Source: Catajapyx aquilonaris
Lineage: Eukaryota
Direction of reading: 5' to 3'
NCBI GenBank assembly: GCA_000934665.2
Contig: JYFJ02001715.1
Span: 1 to 64,000, forward strand
Length of the DNA: 64,000 nucleotides
Shown: positions 62,000-64,000 of the stretch, one piece after another
Position numbering within the stretch: position 1 is the stretch's first letter
Layout of the letters: each line of letters opens with the position of its first letter
Notes under the pieces: generated by a model
Databases searched by the model: none
Seen by the model: only the letters and a program-made list of their open reading frames with translations
What the model was told of the DNA's origin: nothing
Position numbers and translations under genes: made by a program

Positions 62000-63792
62000 T
62001 CATGAAATCTGCTGGAAACGCTCTTGCGTCTTGAGCCTTATCTGCTCTTTCTTGCTGGGTTCGGGGATCTTCGTGGCTCCCAATCCGAGCCTGTCGACCT
62101 GTCCTTCCAACGCAATCTGTAACGAGAGAGCATGTTATTTAACATAATTAATTAATATAAATTATTAAATCAGAAAGCAACTCATCACCAAATTTGCTTA
62201 TCGTTAATCGCCAGACTCATTGCTGAAAACCGCAAGGAAAAAGAGTGAGACTCGTCATGAAAAACCGGACGGCAGAAAAATTATGCGGCCGAATTACAAT
62301 GTGATACAATGTACATGCGACAGCCAGATGTTATGTGGGGCATGTGAAAGAAGGTATTAATTTTGCCGAGTACTCTCGCGTGATGCCAGGAACCTCGGGT
62401 TGGCATATGGCAGCTCCTACCCCGCCCCCATGACATGCAGGTAATTGCAAAGAAAATTAGCATAACTCGAAGTGCCCTTCGGAAAAAAAAAATCTGTCTG
62501 CAAAATTTGTCTAAAACCCAGTCGTTCCTTTCCTTTAAAAAGTTCGTCTGGTTTCACATGCCTTAGGCTGAAAGTGAATCACTGGTAATGTCAACACCCT
62601 TTGCACGTAACAATACTTGGCGTTTCCACAGGGGGAAAAAAAAAACGACGTCGTTTAATCACAGTAATTTGCATGTTAATGCAAGAGTTACAGGGACCAT
62701 TTTCGTTCGGCAGAAAATTGAGCAAACTTTTGGCAGCATATTTTTAAAGGGACGTGCGACTTACACGGAAAACTTTCAGTGCGAGGTACGACTGCGTGTA
62801 CGGTCTCGCATACATAATTCTGGTAATTAACAATCAGCAAAGTCTGACAAAGCAACTGCGTCCTCAAGACAGTGGCTGACAGATAGAGGTCAGTCGAACT
62901 GCAACAACTCCACAGCCACCCTACCGATAAGTGCAACAAAAACCGCACCAGACTATCACGCCCCTACATGGAATTTGCACGCTTACATTATGCTAATTGC
63001 TCCGTCTTGGTACTGGTCTAAAGACTGGTTTTTGACGCACGGTATGCGAATACGTGTAATTTGCTTCAAGGAGACACGCCTGGCGCGTCTAGGCGTAACA
63101 TTGTAACTCAAGTGATTTAGAAGATTTAATCGCCAAACATGGTTACTCGAGCATCAACTTTTGTAGTGAAGCAAATGTCGCCACGATGTAACTCGTAAAG
63201 ATGGTGCCAGGAAGTCTGGACACTCTGTAAAATCACACTGCGGCCCGACAGACCGGCGGCGGCTTTTGATCGTGCCGCGAATCATTTTACCTGCACATAC
63301 CGATATCGGCGCCAGGAAATTTAACAAAATTGACAAATAAACGTGGGTCCGATCTCTTACGGACTGTTAGTATTCCCAAAGGGACGTCCGAAATGCTCCC
63401 AGTCTGGCGCCACTTCATCGCATGATGAAGTGGCGCCAGACCGAGAACATTTCGGCTCCCCCCAAAATAAATTCAATTACAAGTACGATGCAACCTGAAT
63501 ACTGATGATTCTTTTTCTCTTAGACGAGTCCCGCAGGAATGATGATTCCTTCCCCCTAACGTCATCAATTTTTCAACTTACTCGTTGAGTGTTGCCACCA
63601 ATTACGAGCCAAATATATGAACCATTTGATTGCCCGATATTACATGAGTTTACGAACCAGCTTGTCATATGTATTTTTTTCCGCATACTCACCGGCTCTT
63701 GTATCCCGACTTGAGATCCTCCGAGAGCCTCGCCTTCCTTCCAGCCCATCTTGCTCAGCATCTTGAAGCCCTTGTTGTCAGCCCTGATTGGA
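62000..63792 (-). CDS. 3' end of a C-terminal G-patch domain protein (AGGF1-like), exons 63792-63693 and 62116-62000
   Basis: PIRADNKGFKMLSKMGWKEGEALGGSQVGIQEP|IALEGQVDRLGLGA...KKEQIRLKTQERFQQIS-TGA; G-patch consensus (MLxKMGWxxGxxLG...P...GLG); canonical splice sites; the rest of the gene lies beyond the window. Confidence 0.85.
63383..63460. repeat. Short GC-rich hairpin
   Basis: ccgaaatgctcccagtctggcgccacttcatc-gcat-gatgaagtggcgccagaccgagaacatttcgg. Confidence 0.8.
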
Positions 63793-64000
63793 CTATTAAA
63801 AGTTGGAAAAAAAAAAAAAATAGCGGGGAGCAGAAGAAGAGAAGAAAACGGGTGGGTGGCGGGAAGGAAAGGAAAAAGAGAAAGAAAAGAGAGAGAGAGA
63901 AAGCCATGTTAGATCAACCAAAATCCTGCTTGTCCACTGATAATCGTGAAAAAACCTTACCCAAAAACGTGACCTTTTTACATATTTTTTGTCTGTGATC

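Noticed and set aside
61975..62060. Suspected frameshift in the last G-patch exon
   Set aside because: On re-reading, the frame is intact through KTQERFQQIS to TGA at 62002-62000.

Overview
Eukaryotic, arthropod-like genomic DNA with spliceosomal GT-AG introns, many MITE-like inverted repeats, minisatellites and tRNA-derived SINEs. There are no prokaryotic features. I assembled three genes by hand from splice sites, with reading-frame phase checked at every junction. (1) On +, a Nav2-type (DSC1/BSC1/NaCP60E-family) four-domain voltage-gated cation channel: 26 coding exons from 7510 to 26314, about 2172 aa in the window, N-terminal exon(s) apparently upstream of the window. It has a DEEA selectivity filter and an unusual MLL inactivation-latch motif. 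(2) On -, a complete follistatin: 6 coding exons from 53239 to 31503, 341 aa, convergent with the channel. (3) On -, the last two exons of a C-terminal G-patch protein (AGGF1-like), 63792-62000. I found no evidence of a wholly new multi-gene system. The best leads are the MFL->MLL latch substitution, a hidden 48-nt exon after the channel IQ-like motif, alternative follistatin C-termini (one hydrophobic and anchor-like), and a weak splice donor abutting an (AAT)25 microsatellite. Comparisons to known proteins are from memory, not database searches.
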